Source of the DNA: Candidatus Pelagibacterales bacterium
GTDB taxonomy: Bacteria; Pseudomonadota; Alphaproteobacteria; Pelagibacterales; AG-422-B15
Length of the DNA stretch: 64,000 nt
NCBI GenBank assembly: GCA_029242795.1
Contig: JAQWTH010000017.1
Location: forward strand, 4,211 to 68,210
Reading direction: 5' to 3'
Below the pieces are notes generated by a model. That model saw only the letters and a list, made by a program, of their open reading frames with translations, made no database searches and was not told the origin of the DNA. How positions within the stretch are numbered: the first letter of the stretch is position 1; each line of letters opens with the position of its first letter. Positions 29,197 through 39,009 of this stretch are shown here, in pieces. The translations under genes and the position numbers were made by a program.

Positions 29197-29855
29197 CCTC
29201 TTGCACCAAAAATTGACGAGCCAATACGAATATGTGTGGATCCACTTTCAAGTGCAGATAAGTAATCCCCACTCATCCCCATGCTTAATTTATTTAGATT
29301 GTTTTCAGTAGATAGAGATTTTAGCTGATCAAAGTAAATCTTAGGGTCTTTTCTCTCTGGAGGTATGCACATTAAGCCATCAAAAGTGATCTGATATTTT
29401 AAGAGTGACATATTTAAAAAATTATTTATTTCATTTGGATGAATTCCACTCTTTTGTTTTTCTAATCCTATATTTACTTGAAGAAAGAGTTTTGGAGTCT
29501 TGAGTCCTTGTGACTTGATGTCAGAAATTAATTTAACAATCTTCTCACGATCTACAGAATGCACTTCATCACATAATTCACAAATTTTTTTGACCTTGCG
29601 ACTTTGAATTGAACCAATAAAAATTATTCTTACATCAGGAAAGTCATTTTTAATTGAAGGCCATTTTGATTCAATTTCTTGAATTTGATTTTCACCAAAA
29701 GTTCTATGACCACAATTTAATAATTCAATAATCTTTTCTTTTGGCTGTTTTTTACTTACAGCAATTAACTCTATATCTGAGGGATTTCTTGCAGTAGATA
29801 GCAATTTGTTTTTAATAGAATCTTGGATTTGGTGGTACTGGTCAGAAATTAACAT
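29193..29855 (-). CDS. yggS: YggS-family pyridoxal-phosphate homeostasis protein
   Basis: 220 aa; ELIAVSKKQP (PLP Lys), HRTFGENQIQE, FIGSIQSRK, LSMGMSGDY. Confidence 0.9.
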   Translation of the reverse strand: MLISDQYHQIQDSIKNKLLSTARNPSDIELIAVSKKQPKEKIIELLNCGHRTFGENQIQEIESKWPSIKNDFPDVRIIFIGSIQSRKVKKICELCDEVHSVDREKIVKLISDIKSQGLKTPKLFLQVNIGLEKQKSGIHPNEINNFLNMSLLKYQITFDGLMCIPPERKDPKIYFDQLKSLSTENNLNKLSMGMSGDYLSALESGSTHIRIGSSIFGARG

Positions 29856-29868
29856 TTAATTATTATAT

Positions 29869-29905
29869 AAAAAAACTCCCCAAGTTAAATAACTTGAGGA
29901 GTTTT
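29869..29905 (-). terminator. Rho-independent terminator downstream of the porin gene
   Basis: 11-bp stem CTCCCCAAGTT / AACTTGAGGAG (one C.A mismatch), loop AAAT. The A7 run on plus gives a U7 run on the minus transcript. Confidence 0.7.
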
Positions 29906-29933
29906 AAGTTTCCTTTGGTATTAGGACTTATAA

Positions 29934-30821
29934 TTAAAATCCAGTACCAATATAGAATACATAGTCATCAGACTCAGTACCATCACCGAAGTCAGTGTTC
30001 ATGTAATCAATTTGCCAGAACGCTCCGCCAAGGTCACCACTTATGTGGATACCCATAGCATCATGATCAGCAGAGGCACCATTATCTTTAGTACCAGATG
30101 AAACACCAACACCTAGACCAGCAACAGTTGTTGACGCTCCGATTTGTGTAATGCTTGTAGTATCTGAATCATAGTAGTTATAACCTAAGCTAAATCCACC
30201 AACAGAGTAACCTATAGACATGAAACCATTATCTTTGGTTGATGAGCTATCAAAATCAGTGTTACCAGCTTTGATAGTTGCACCAGCAATATTCATAGAA
30301 GCAGCTATAGATAATGGATTACCGTTATCAGTCATATCATCACCGTAAGTAATCATCACGTCAGCACCAGCAACAGATGTTGAAACACCAATTCCATTGT
30401 CAGTCAATGCATCACCATCATTAAAACCACTGAAGAGTAATCCGTTGTAAGTTGTAGTACTAGCTGGGTTGTTAGCAAATGGACCTGCACCTTGTACATA
30501 GTCTTTTGAATCAACAGCAGAAGTAAAGTCAGTACCTAAAAATACTGAACCCATGTCAGTACTAAAAGTATGTAATTGCTTTAAATGTGTTGCTGGACCA
30601 GCAATGTCCACGTTTACAGCATAACCCATACCGTTATCAAGCGTAGTAGTATAGTCTACGTTGACAGTATAAGATGTAGCTGTACCTTGAAAACCTGTCG
30701 TAGCGTCACCAGACTGATACTTAATAGTCATAGCTCCACCTAACGAAAGGTCAGCATATGCAGCACTTGCAGACATAACAGTCGCAACTGCAGCAGTAGT
30801 TGTTATTAGACTTTTTTTCAT
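29934..30821 (-). CDS. Outer-membrane beta-barrel porin-like protein
   Basis: 295 aa; signal peptide ...ASAAYA/DL; alternating amphipathic G/T/S/D/Y-rich strands; C-terminal YIGTGF (terminal Phe); own terminator. Confidence 0.65.
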   Translation of the reverse strand: MKKSLITTTAAVATVMSASAAYADLSLGGAMTIKYQSGDATTGFQGTATSYTVNVDYTTTLDNGMGYAVNVDIAGPATHLKQLHTFSTDMGSVFLGTDFTSAVDSKDYVQGAGPFANNPASTTTYNGLLFSGFNDGDALTDNGIGVSTSVAGADVMITYGDDMTDNGNPLSIAASMNIAGATIKAGNTDFDSSSTKDNGFMSIGYSVGGFSLGYNYYDSDTTSITQIGASTTVAGLGVGVSSGTKDNGASADHDAMGIHISGDLGGAFWQIDYMNTDFGDGTESDDYVFYIGTGF

Positions 30822-30838
30822 AAAATTTCCTTTATAAA

Positions 30839-30873
30839 AATTAACGTTAATTATTCAGTAAAATTACTGAATA
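30839..30873. promoter_or_regulatory. Two abutting perfect palindromes upstream of the porin start (operator or 5'-UTR hairpins)
   Basis: AATTAACGTTAATT (30839-30852, 14-bp perfect palindrome) and TATTCAGTAA-AA-TTACTGAATA (30852-30873, 10-bp arms). They lie 18-52 nt upstream of the ATG at 30821. Confidence 0.35.
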
Positions 30874-31008
30874 TGACAATATTCATTATTTAATGCTAAA
30901 TCTCAACAAATAATGTATTAAAAGCACACTTTTTTAAAAATATATTGTATTTTTGCAACACCTTATTTTTATTGATTTTCAATTGTTTTGTGTATATGAA
31001 CTGAATTG

Positions 31009-31536
31009 ATGCCGTCAAAATTTCTTAAGTTTTACCTTATTTTCCCAATTTTGATTTTTTTAGCTCAATGCGGTGTTTTTTCAGAAACAAGTGACCCTTT
31101 AAATCAAGAAATGCAATTAGATCAGCAATGGGGTGAAGGAATAATGAGAGATTCATATGAGAATTCAATGGAAAATAAAGGCACTTTTATGGACTTGTTC
31201 AAAAATGAAAGCCCCTCATATAAAGAAAACATTATGTGGAATGTTGCACTAGATAAAATTTCATTTATGCCATTACAATCATCTGATGTTCAGTCAGGGA
31301 TTATTACCACTGAGTGGTTTCAAACCAAAAGTGATCTAGATAATAGAATGAAGCTTGTGATATACATAAAAAGTGATGTGATTGAAGACTCCTCAGTTGA
31401 TGTAAAAGTTTTTAAAGAAACTTTTGATGGAAATAAATGGAATACTTCCAATCAAAATTCTGAATTAGGATTGAAAATAAAAAAATCAATATTGGATACT
31501 TCTTTAGAACTGCAAATTGCTAATCAACTATCTTAG
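31009..31536 (+). CDS. Putative lipoprotein of unknown function
   Basis: Signal peptide with lipobox LAQC. The position upstream of leuS resembles DUF3576-type lipoproteins of alphaproteobacteria (from memory, unverified). Confidence 0.55.
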   Translation: MPSKFLKFYLIFPILIFLAQCGVFSETSDPLNQEMQLDQQWGEGIMRDSYENSMENKGTFMDLFKNESPSYKENIMWNVALDKISFMPLQSSDVQSGIITTEWFQTKSDLDNRMKLVIYIKSDVIEDSSVDVKVFKETFDGNKWNTSNQNSELGLKIKKSILDTSLELQIANQLS

Positions 31537-31564
31537 GCATTAACTAAATATTCGTTAATAATAA

Positions 31565-34141
31565 TTGATTGTGAGTGAGAAATTTAATTCTAAAGTAATT
31601 GAAAAAAAATGGCAAAAGAAGTGGGCTGAAACCAATGCCTTCGTAGCAAAAAGAGATTCATCTAAAAAGAAATTTTATATTTTGGAAATGTTCCCATATC
31701 CATCTGGTAATATTCATATGGGTCATGTTAGAAACTATACTTTAGGAGATGTAATTGCTCGTTATAAAAGAGGTAGAGGATATAATGTGCTCCACCCAAT
31801 GGGGTGGGATGCTTTTGGCATGCCTGCTGAAAATGCTGCGATTCAAAATAACATTCACCCGTCAAAGTGGACGTATCAAAATATTAATACCATGCGTTCA
31901 CAACTTCAGTTAATGGGGCTATCAATTGATTGGTCTAGAGAATTTGCTACTTGTGATAAAAGTTATTACCATCACCAACAGAAACTCTTTAAAGAACTAT
32001 ATAAAAACAAGATTGTTTATAAAAAAAAATCTTATGTAAATTGGGATCCAGTTGACAATACAGTACTTGCTAACGAGCAAGTTATTGATGGAAATGGATG
32101 GAGATCGGGCGCTGAAGTTCAACAGAAAGAACTATCTCAATGGTTTTTTAAAATTAAAAATTATGCTGATGAATTACTATTTGATTTAGAAACTCTGAAC
32201 GGCTGGCCTGATAAAGTTAAGCTGATGCAGAAAAACTGGATTGGTAGATCAGAGGGATGTCATTTGAGTTTTGATATTCTTGATACTAAATATAAAAAAA
32301 TAGACGAAAAATTAGATATTTTCACAACTCGTCCTGATACTATTTTTGGAGCATCTTTTTGTGCAATTTCTCCACTGCACAAACTCGCAAAAAAGATATC
32401 TGAGTCAAATCCATCGATCAGAAATTTTATTGAATCTCAGAGTTTATCTGCTGTAAATGAAGAATCTATTGCACGAGCTGAGAAAGAAGGAATTAAAACT
32501 GATCTTTACATTCAACATCCCTTTAAAAAGGAGTCATTTTTACCAATTTATATAGCAAATTTTGTACTTATGGATTATGGAACTGGAGCTATTTATGGAG
32601 TACCTGCCCATGATGAAAGAGACTTTGAATTTGCAAAAAAATATAATTTGGAAATTATTCAAGTTGTTAAGGATGACCAAAATCCCGATGATATTATCAA
32701 TGAAGCATATACAGGTGATGGAAAATTAATTAACTCAGATTTTTTGAATGGTCTTTTTGTGAAAGATGCAAAAAATGAAATTATTAAAAAAATTGAAGAA
32801 TTGAAAATTGGTAAGAAAGAGATTAATTATCGCCTAAGAGATTGGGGTATTTCTCGACAACGCTATTGGGGTTGTCCTATACCGATTATATATAGAGAAG
32901 ATGGTGAGGTTATTCCTGTGCCTGATAATGAATTACCAGTAACTTTACCAGACGATGTTAATTTTAATGTACCAGGTAATCCCCTTGAAAGGCATCCCAC
33001 TTGGAAGTATACAACTTGTTCTGAAACTGGTCTAAAAGCAATTAGAGAAACAGATACTCTAGATACATTTGTAGACTCATCATGGTATTTTATGAAGTAC
33101 TGTTCAAGTGATGTTAAGGTGAGTCATTTTGATGATGAAGATTTAAATTATTGGATGTCAGTTGATCAGTATGTTGGAGGCGTAGAACATGCCATCCTGC
33201 ATCTTTTATATTCTAGATTTTTTAGTAAAGCTCTGAGTGACTGCGGAATTGGAACTATTAGCGAACCATTTAAAGGTCTATTTACACAAGGTATGGTATG
33301 TCACGAAACATTTAAAACCGAGAATGGTGATTGGGTATTTCCTAAAGATGTTTATAAAAGTAAAAATAAATTTTTTTATTCAAGTACCAATGAAGAATTA
33401 ATTCAGGGACCATCAGAATCTATGTCTAAATCAAAAAAAAATGTTGTAGATCCTGAGTCAATAATAAACACCTATGGAGCAGATACTGCTAGATGGTTTA
33501 TGTTGTCTGATAGTCCTCCAGGAAGGGATATCAATTGGAGTGAGTCTGGTATTAAAGGAGCATGGAAATTTATCAATAAGATATGGACCATTATAGTAAA
33601 TAATAAAAATCTTTTTGAAAAAGAAATTAAAACAACAGATAAAAAAACCAAAAAGGTTGAAGAGTTAAAAAAAATTACGCACCAGAACTTAAAAAATGTA
33701 ACACTAAGTATTGAAGCATTTCAAATGAATGTTGCTGTGGCAAAAATTTATGAATTATCTAACTATATTTCTTCTTTTCGACCAGACAATAATGAAGAAG
33801 AAAAAGCACTAAAAGAGAGTATAGTAATTTTAATACGCATACTTGAGCCAATGACACCTCATCTGGCAGAAGAGTGCTGGTCAAATATAAGAGGTGATGG
33901 ATTATTAAGTGGAAAACCATGGCCAATGTACGACACTAAATATCTAGAAGATGATATGACTCAAATTGTCATACAAGTTAATGGAAAAAAAAGGGCTATT
34001 ATAGAAGTTGAAAATAATGCTAATCAAGACCAAGTCATTGAAAAACTTAAAAATATCAAAGTCAGTCAAATTCCATCAAATTTATCAGATACAAGGAAGA
34101 TCATATTCGTTAAGAATAAAATACTTAATATTGTAGTTTAA
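31565..34141 (+). CDS. leuS: Leucyl-tRNA synthetase
   Basis: 858 aa; HIGH-type motif [13 protein letters not shown] and KMSKS-type SMSKSKKN; TTG/GTG start region. Confidence 0.97.
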   Translation: MIVSEKFNSKVIEKKWQKKWAETNAFVAKRDSSKKKFYILEMFPYPSGNIHMGHVRNYTLGDVIARYKRGRGYNVLHPMGWDAFGMPAENAAIQNNIHPSKWTYQNINTMRSQLQLMGLSIDWSREFATCDKSYYHHQQKLFKELYKNKIVYKKKSYVNWDPVDNTVLANEQVIDGNGWRSGAEVQQKELSQWFFKIKNYADELLFDLETLNGWPDKVKLMQKNWIGRSEGCHLSFDILDTKYKKIDEKLDIFTTRPDTIFGASFCAISPLHKLAKKISESNPSIRNFIESQSLSAVNEESIARAEKEGIKTDLYIQHPFKKESFLPIYIANFVLMDYGTGAIYGVPAHDERDFEFAKKYNLEIIQVVKDDQNPDDIINEAYTGDGKLINSDFLNGLFVKDAKNEIIKKIEELKIGKKEINYRLRDWGISRQRYWGCPIPIIYREDGEVIPVPDNELPVTLPDDVNFNVPGNPLERHPTWKYTTCSETGLKAIRETDTLDTFVDSSWYFMKYCSSDVKVSHFDDEDLNYWMSVDQYVGGVEHAILHLLYSRFFSKALSDCGIGTISEPFKGLFTQGMVCHETFKTENGDWVFPKDVYKSKNKFFYSSTNEELIQGPSESMSKSKKNVVDPESIINTYGADTARWFMLSDSPPGRDINWSESGIKGAWKFINKIWTIIVNNKNLFEKEIKTTDKKTKKVEELKKITHQNLKNVTLSIEAFQMNVAVAKIYELSNYISSFRPDNNEEEKALKESIVILIRILEPMTPHLAEECWSNIRGDGLLSGKPWPMYDTKYLEDDMTQIVIQVNGKKRAIIEVENNANQDQVIEKLKNIKVSQIPSNLSDTRKIIFVKNKILNIVV

Positions 34142-34144
34142 TTT

Positions 34145-35872
34145 ATGAACAGAAAAGAAAGACGAAAACAAAAAAAGTTTTCAACTCAATCGTCGAATAT
34201 AAACGATGAATTCAAACAGGCCCTTCATTTTCACAGTCAAAAATATTATGACGAAGCTGAAAAAATATATTTAAAGATAATTTCAATTGATAACAAAAAT
34301 TATCAAGGATTAAGACATCTTGGTATTTTATATCATGATCTAAAAAATTACGAACAAGCCATTAAATATTTAGAGAGCGCAATCAATGTTGGGCCATTAA
34401 TTCCAGATGCTTATAATAATTTAGGACTAGTTTATTTTATAAATGATGAATTTGAATTAGCAAAAAAATTTTTTGAAAAAAGTTTTGAGTTAAATAACTC
34501 ATATATTCCAGCTATTAATAATTTAACAAGAATGTATTTTAAAATGAGTGAAAGGGAGAAATGTATGAATTCAGCATTACATGCCCTTAAACTTGTTCCA
34601 GATGGCTTTATCTGTAAACTAAATCATGCTTTAGCACTTTCAATAAATGGAAAAATTGAACATGGAATTGAAATACTAGAGTCTTTAAAGAATATAAATA
34701 AAACTGATGATTTATATAATCAACTGGCTCTTATGTATGAAGTAAGCGGTAATATAGACAAATCTAACGAATATCTCTTAAGTGCATTTAAATTAAATCA
34801 AAATAATTATGCAATGCTAGCAAAATTAATAGAAAACAATGTTATTGAGGAAAAGGAGTTAACTTATAGTATTGAAGAAATATATAAAACTAATGTATTG
34901 CTATCCGCTAAAGATAAACATCACTTAGCTCGATGCTTATATGTTAAATATAACAAAAATAAAAACTTTTCAAAGGCTGGTAAGTATTTGGTCGCTTCAA
35001 ACCAATTTAGAGATGAAACATTAAAATATAATATAAATAATGATCAATATCTTGTTGATAGACTTGTAAAAAATTTTAATCAAAAAAAAATCTTAACGTA
35101 TACTAAATTAAGATCCAAAAAGAGTACTCCGGAACCAATTTTTATTTTGGGTATGCCACGATCAGGAACAACACTTACAGAACAAATACTAGCAAGTCAT
35201 TCAAAGGTACATGGGGGAGGTGAATTAGACTACGTCCGTAATTCATTAGGGATAAATAGAATTTACGATATGTCTCCAAATGAAGTTGATAAAACTATTC
35301 AGAGATTATTAGACTTTAATGATAAAGATTGGGAAAAAATTGGAGATTCCTATATCTCAATGATTAAAAATATAAATCAAAATAAAAAACAATATGTTAC
35401 TGATAAAATGCCTCATAATTTTATGATGTGTGGCATAATTCACAGAATGTTACCTCGTGCCAAAATAATTTATTGCTATCGTGAACCAATGAATAACTGT
35501 TTCTCTCTTTACAAAAATACTTTTGGAAGCTCTGGTCACGGATATTCGTATGATCAAATTAAACTAGTTAAACATTACAATCTTCATATTAAATTAATGA
35601 AGCACTGGAAAAAAATTCTTGGCAATAAAATATTTTTATTGAAAAATGAAGCATTAATCGATGATCAGAAAGGAGTTACAGCTGATTTACTACAATATTG
35701 TAATCTAAATTGGGAGGAGCAATGCTTAGAATTTTACAAAACTAAGAGAGATGTGAGAACAATTAGTATTAGGCAAGTACGTAACCCAATTAATAAAAAA
35801 TCTCTAGGTTTATGGAAAAATTATGAAGAGTCATTGATTTACATGAAAAAATCATTGGTTGAATTCTCATGA
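34145..35872 (+). CDS. TPR-repeat protein fused to a PAPS-dependent sulfotransferase domain
   Basis: 575 aa; the N-terminal ~300 aa are TPR-like (YYDEAEKIYLKII..., YEQAIKYLESAI...). The C-terminal half has the 5'-PSB loop GMPRSGTTLTEQIL. Confidence 0.8.
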   Translation: MNRKERRKQKKFSTQSSNINDEFKQALHFHSQKYYDEAEKIYLKIISIDNKNYQGLRHLGILYHDLKNYEQAIKYLESAINVGPLIPDAYNNLGLVYFINDEFELAKKFFEKSFELNNSYIPAINNLTRMYFKMSEREKCMNSALHALKLVPDGFICKLNHALALSINGKIEHGIEILESLKNINKTDDLYNQLALMYEVSGNIDKSNEYLLSAFKLNQNNYAMLAKLIENNVIEEKELTYSIEEIYKTNVLLSAKDKHHLARCLYVKYNKNKNFSKAGKYLVASNQFRDETLKYNINNDQYLVDRLVKNFNQKKILTYTKLRSKKSTPEPIFILGMPRSGTTLTEQILASHSKVHGGGELDYVRNSLGINRIYDMSPNEVDKTIQRLLDFNDKDWEKIGDSYISMIKNINQNKKQYVTDKMPHNFMMCGIIHRMLPRAKIIYCYREPMNNCFSLYKNTFGSSGHGYSYDQIKLVKHYNLHIKLMKHWKKILGNKIFLLKNEALIDDQKGVTADLLQYCNLNWEEQCLEFYKTKRDVRTISIRQVRNPINKKSLGLWKNYEESLIYMKKSLVEFS

Positions 35873-36348
35873 TTAAAAAAATTTATTTCTATATTGCTAT
35901 TATGTTTATCTTAAATCAATGTGGGTTCACACCAATATATTCAGAGAAAAGCAATGTAATTGAAAGTAACTATATTACAATTTTAACCTCTAATAACTCT
36001 CTAGCAGTCAAAGAAGCTTTTAAGGCTATATTTAGAGATTCAACTGACCAACCAAATTATCAATTAAGAATTGATATTATTGAGCAAGATCTTCCAATAG
36101 TTACAAACTCTGACGGAACAATTGCCAAATATAGAATAGATATTACTACAAATTTTATACTTTTCGATATAGCCAATAATAAAGAAATCTTTTCAGATTA
36201 CTCAAAAGGGTTTGCACAATATGAAACACAAACAAACAATTATGATACTGAACAAAAACGAAATGAGGCTAAAAAAATTGCAACCTCAAACTCATTACAA
36301 CTTATTCCGATTAAAATACAAAATTTCCAGTCTAGGAAAGACAAATGA
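35869..36348 (+). CDS. lptE: LPS-assembly lipoprotein LptE-like
   Basis: 159 aa; lipobox LNQC; GFTPIYS after the Cys; canonical position between leuS and holA; ATGA overlaps on both sides. Confidence 0.7.
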   Translation: MIKKIYFYIAIMFILNQCGFTPIYSEKSNVIESNYITILTSNNSLAVKEAFKAIFRDSTDQPNYQLRIDIIEQDLPIVTNSDGTIAKYRIDITTNFILFDIANNKEIFSDYSKGFAQYETQTNNYDTEQKRNEAKKIATSNSLQLIPIKIQNFQSRKDK

Positions 36349-37367
36349 TTATTAAAGAGTATCAGCTCAATGATATAATCAAAAAAAACTCATATCCTCA
36401 ATTTTTACTATTTTTTGGTCCAAATGAAGGATTAATAAGAGATAATATCATAAAAATTTCAGCATCTTTTAAAGAGGACTTGGAAACAGATGAAATCACA
36501 ATTAATGGAAAAGCTCTTGATGAAAATCATTCTTTAATTGATGAGGAAATAAGATCATTTTCCATGTTTAGTGAAAAAAAAATAATGCATTTAGAAAACT
36601 TAAAAGAAAAGCATTTACAATATTTTGAAAATCAAGAAATAGAAAATAATAAAATTCTGATAATTATTAAATCAGACAACTTAAGCAAAAGCTCAAAAAT
36701 AAGAAATTTTTTTGAAAAACACAAAAGATATGCAACTATACCATGCTACGAAGATGATGTTAGATCGAAAATGAACATATTGAGCCAATTTCAATCTGAA
36801 AATAAAATTAAATTTAATAGTGATATAAAAAATTACTTATTACAAAACTTAAGTTCAGATCGACTTATCAACAAGAATGACCTTGAAAAAATACTATTAG
36901 TGATTGGAAACGAGCAGAGCAATGAAATTGAATTAGAAAATATTCAAAATATTCTCAATGATGGTTCTTCAAATTCACTTAATATCATAAATGAAAACGT
37001 GATGTATGGAAAGGTCAACCAAGTTTCGAAGAATTTATACAGAGTCTTTGAAGAAGGTACTAATGCAGTAGCTATTATCAGATCATTACTAAATTATCTG
37101 GTGCGTGTACATAAAACTCAAATTGAGATTAAAAAAACTGGTAACTTTGATGAAGCAATAAAACAACTGAGACCAGCTGTATTTTGGAAAGATAAAGACA
37201 ATTTTAGAAACCATTGTTCTAAATGGCCAACTAAAGAAATTTTACATTATATTGAAAGACTGTTAGAGGCAGAATATATGTGTAAGACTCAAAGCTCAAT
37301 CAATAATGAAATTTGTGAAAAATATATTTTATCAATAGCAAAAAAGGGTGAGGTTTATTTTAATTAA
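36345..37367 (+). CDS. holA: DNA polymerase III delta subunit
   Basis: 340 aa; position after lptE; N-terminal FLLFFGPNEGLI block typical of HolA. Confidence 0.8.
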   Translation: MIIKEYQLNDIIKKNSYPQFLLFFGPNEGLIRDNIIKISASFKEDLETDEITINGKALDENHSLIDEEIRSFSMFSEKKIMHLENLKEKHLQYFENQEIENNKILIIIKSDNLSKSSKIRNFFEKHKRYATIPCYEDDVRSKMNILSQFQSENKIKFNSDIKNYLLQNLSSDRLINKNDLEKILLVIGNEQSNEIELENIQNILNDGSSNSLNIINENVMYGKVNQVSKNLYRVFEEGTNAVAIIRSLLNYLVRVHKTQIEIKKTGNFDEAIKQLRPAVFWKDKDNFRNHCSKWPTKEILHYIERLLEAEYMCKTQSSINNEICEKYILSIAKKGEVYFN

Positions 37368-38221
37368 GATTTTAACTTGCTAGTAACTAACTCTAATTGA
37401 TCTAAGGATCTATACTTTATTTTGATAGAACCACCTCTTTTCTGAGAATGATTAATTGATACATCCAATCCCAACTTTTCTGATAATTTCTTTTCAAGAT
37501 CTAGTGTATCTGGATCCTTGAGTTTTAGTTTCTTAACAACAGGTTTTTTACTTTTAACAAGGGCCTCTGTTTGTCTCACAGAGAGGTTTTCATTAACAAT
37601 TTTTTCTGCCAATTGTTCAGGAAAAGCGCTGTTCATTATAGCTCTTGCATGTCCAGATGATATTGATCCCTGTGATATCATATCTTGAATAGAATTAGGT
37701 AGTGATAATAAACGAATAATATTTGCGACATGACTTCGACTCTTTCCTACAATTTCAGAAAGCACTTCTTGTGTATGACCGTAATTCTCCATAAGTTTTT
37801 TATAACCAGCTGCTTCTTCTATTGGTGATAAATCTGCCCGTTGCACATTTTCAATAATAGCAATCTCCAGTGATTCAACATCATCTAAGTTTCTTATGAC
37901 CGCTGGTATTTCATGGAGCTGTGCAACTTGAGCTGCTCTCCATCTTCTTTCACCAGCTATAATTTCATAGTCGCCTGGGTTTGATTTAGATGGTCTAACA
38001 AGAATGGGTTGAACTAAACCTTTTGATTTAATTGAGTCTGCGAGTTCAGTGATACTAGCCTTTTCAAAAATTCTTCTAGGTTGAATTGGACTTGGTCTCA
38101 ATTTTGAAATGGGGATTTTAGTCTCACTAGAACTTACTTTATCTGTCTGTTCCTCACTCACCTCACCCATCAAAGATGAAAGGCCTCTTCCTAATCCTTT
38201 TTTGTTTATTTTAAGATCCAT
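37364..38221 (-). CDS. parB: Chromosome partitioning protein ParB
   Basis: 285 aa; GLGRGL, IIAGERRWRAAQ, HTH region QEVLSEIVGKSRSHVANIIRLL. Confidence 0.95.
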   Translation of the reverse strand: MDLKINKKGLGRGLSSLMGEVSEEQTDKVSSSETKIPISKLRPSPIQPRRIFEKASITELADSIKSKGLVQPILVRPSKSNPGDYEIIAGERRWRAAQVAQLHEIPAVIRNLDDVESLEIAIIENVQRADLSPIEEAAGYKKLMENYGHTQEVLSEIVGKSRSHVANIIRLLSLPNSIQDMISQGSISSGHARAIMNSAFPEQLAEKIVNENLSVRQTEALVKSKKPVVKKLKLKDPDTLDLEKKLSEKLGLDVSINHSQKRGGSIKIKYRSLDQLELVTSKLKS

Positions 38222-39009
38222 TATGCAGCTTCTAAGTTTTTAGTTTTCTTTAAAATTTCATTTGCAAGTTGAATATATGCCTGACTTCCTTTTGAACGAT
38301 GATCATAAATTAATGCTGGTAATCCAAATGATGGTGCTTCAGACATACGAACATTTCTTGGTATTACTGTTTCAAATACTTTTTCTTTTAGATGAGATCG
38401 AACATCTTGTGCAACTTGTGAGGATAATCGATTTCTTTGATCATACATAGTTAGAACGATTCCATCTATACTCAAATTTGAATTTAAATTTTTTCTTACC
38501 CTATCAATTGTCTTAATTAATTGAGATAAGCCCTCTAATGCAAAGAATTCGCATTGTAATGGAACAAGAACTGAGTCTGCTGCTGTCATCGCCATAACTG
38601 TCAACAAACTTAGTGCGGGAGGACAATCAATAAAAATAAAATCAAATTGATTTTTAAAATCATCAGATAATAAATTTTTTAAAACATATGCTCTATTTGA
38701 TTGATCTAAAAGTTCTGGTTCAATTCCTGACAACTCAACGGTAGATGGAATAATAAATAAATTTTTAATAGAAGTTCTCTGTCTCGCACTTTCAATATTT
38801 ATTGATCCTGAGAGAACTTCATAGATAGAATTACTTCGATAAGAATAATCAATTCCTAATCCGGTACTCGCATTACCCTGTGGATCTAAATCAATGATTA
38901 AAACTTTTTGATCGCATGCAGACAATGCAGTAGCTAGATTGATCGCTGTTGTTGTTTTACCAACCCCACCTTTTTGATTTGAAATTGCAATAATTTTTTG
39001 ATTATTCAT
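38221..39009 (-). CDS. parA: Chromosome partitioning ATPase ParA
   Basis: 262 aa; deviant Walker A NQKGGVGKTTT; 1-nt overlaps with both parB and rsmG. Confidence 0.95.
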   Translation of the reverse strand: MNNQKIIAISNQKGGVGKTTTAINLATALSACDQKVLIIDLDPQGNASTGLGIDYSYRSNSIYEVLSGSINIESARQRTSIKNLFIIPSTVELSGIEPELLDQSNRAYVLKNLLSDDFKNQFDFIFIDCPPALSLLTVMAMTAADSVLVPLQCEFFALEGLSQLIKTIDRVRKNLNSNLSIDGIVLTMYDQRNRLSSQVAQDVRSHLKEKVFETVIPRNVRMSEAPSFGLPALIYDHRSKGSQAYIQLANEILKKTKNLEAA

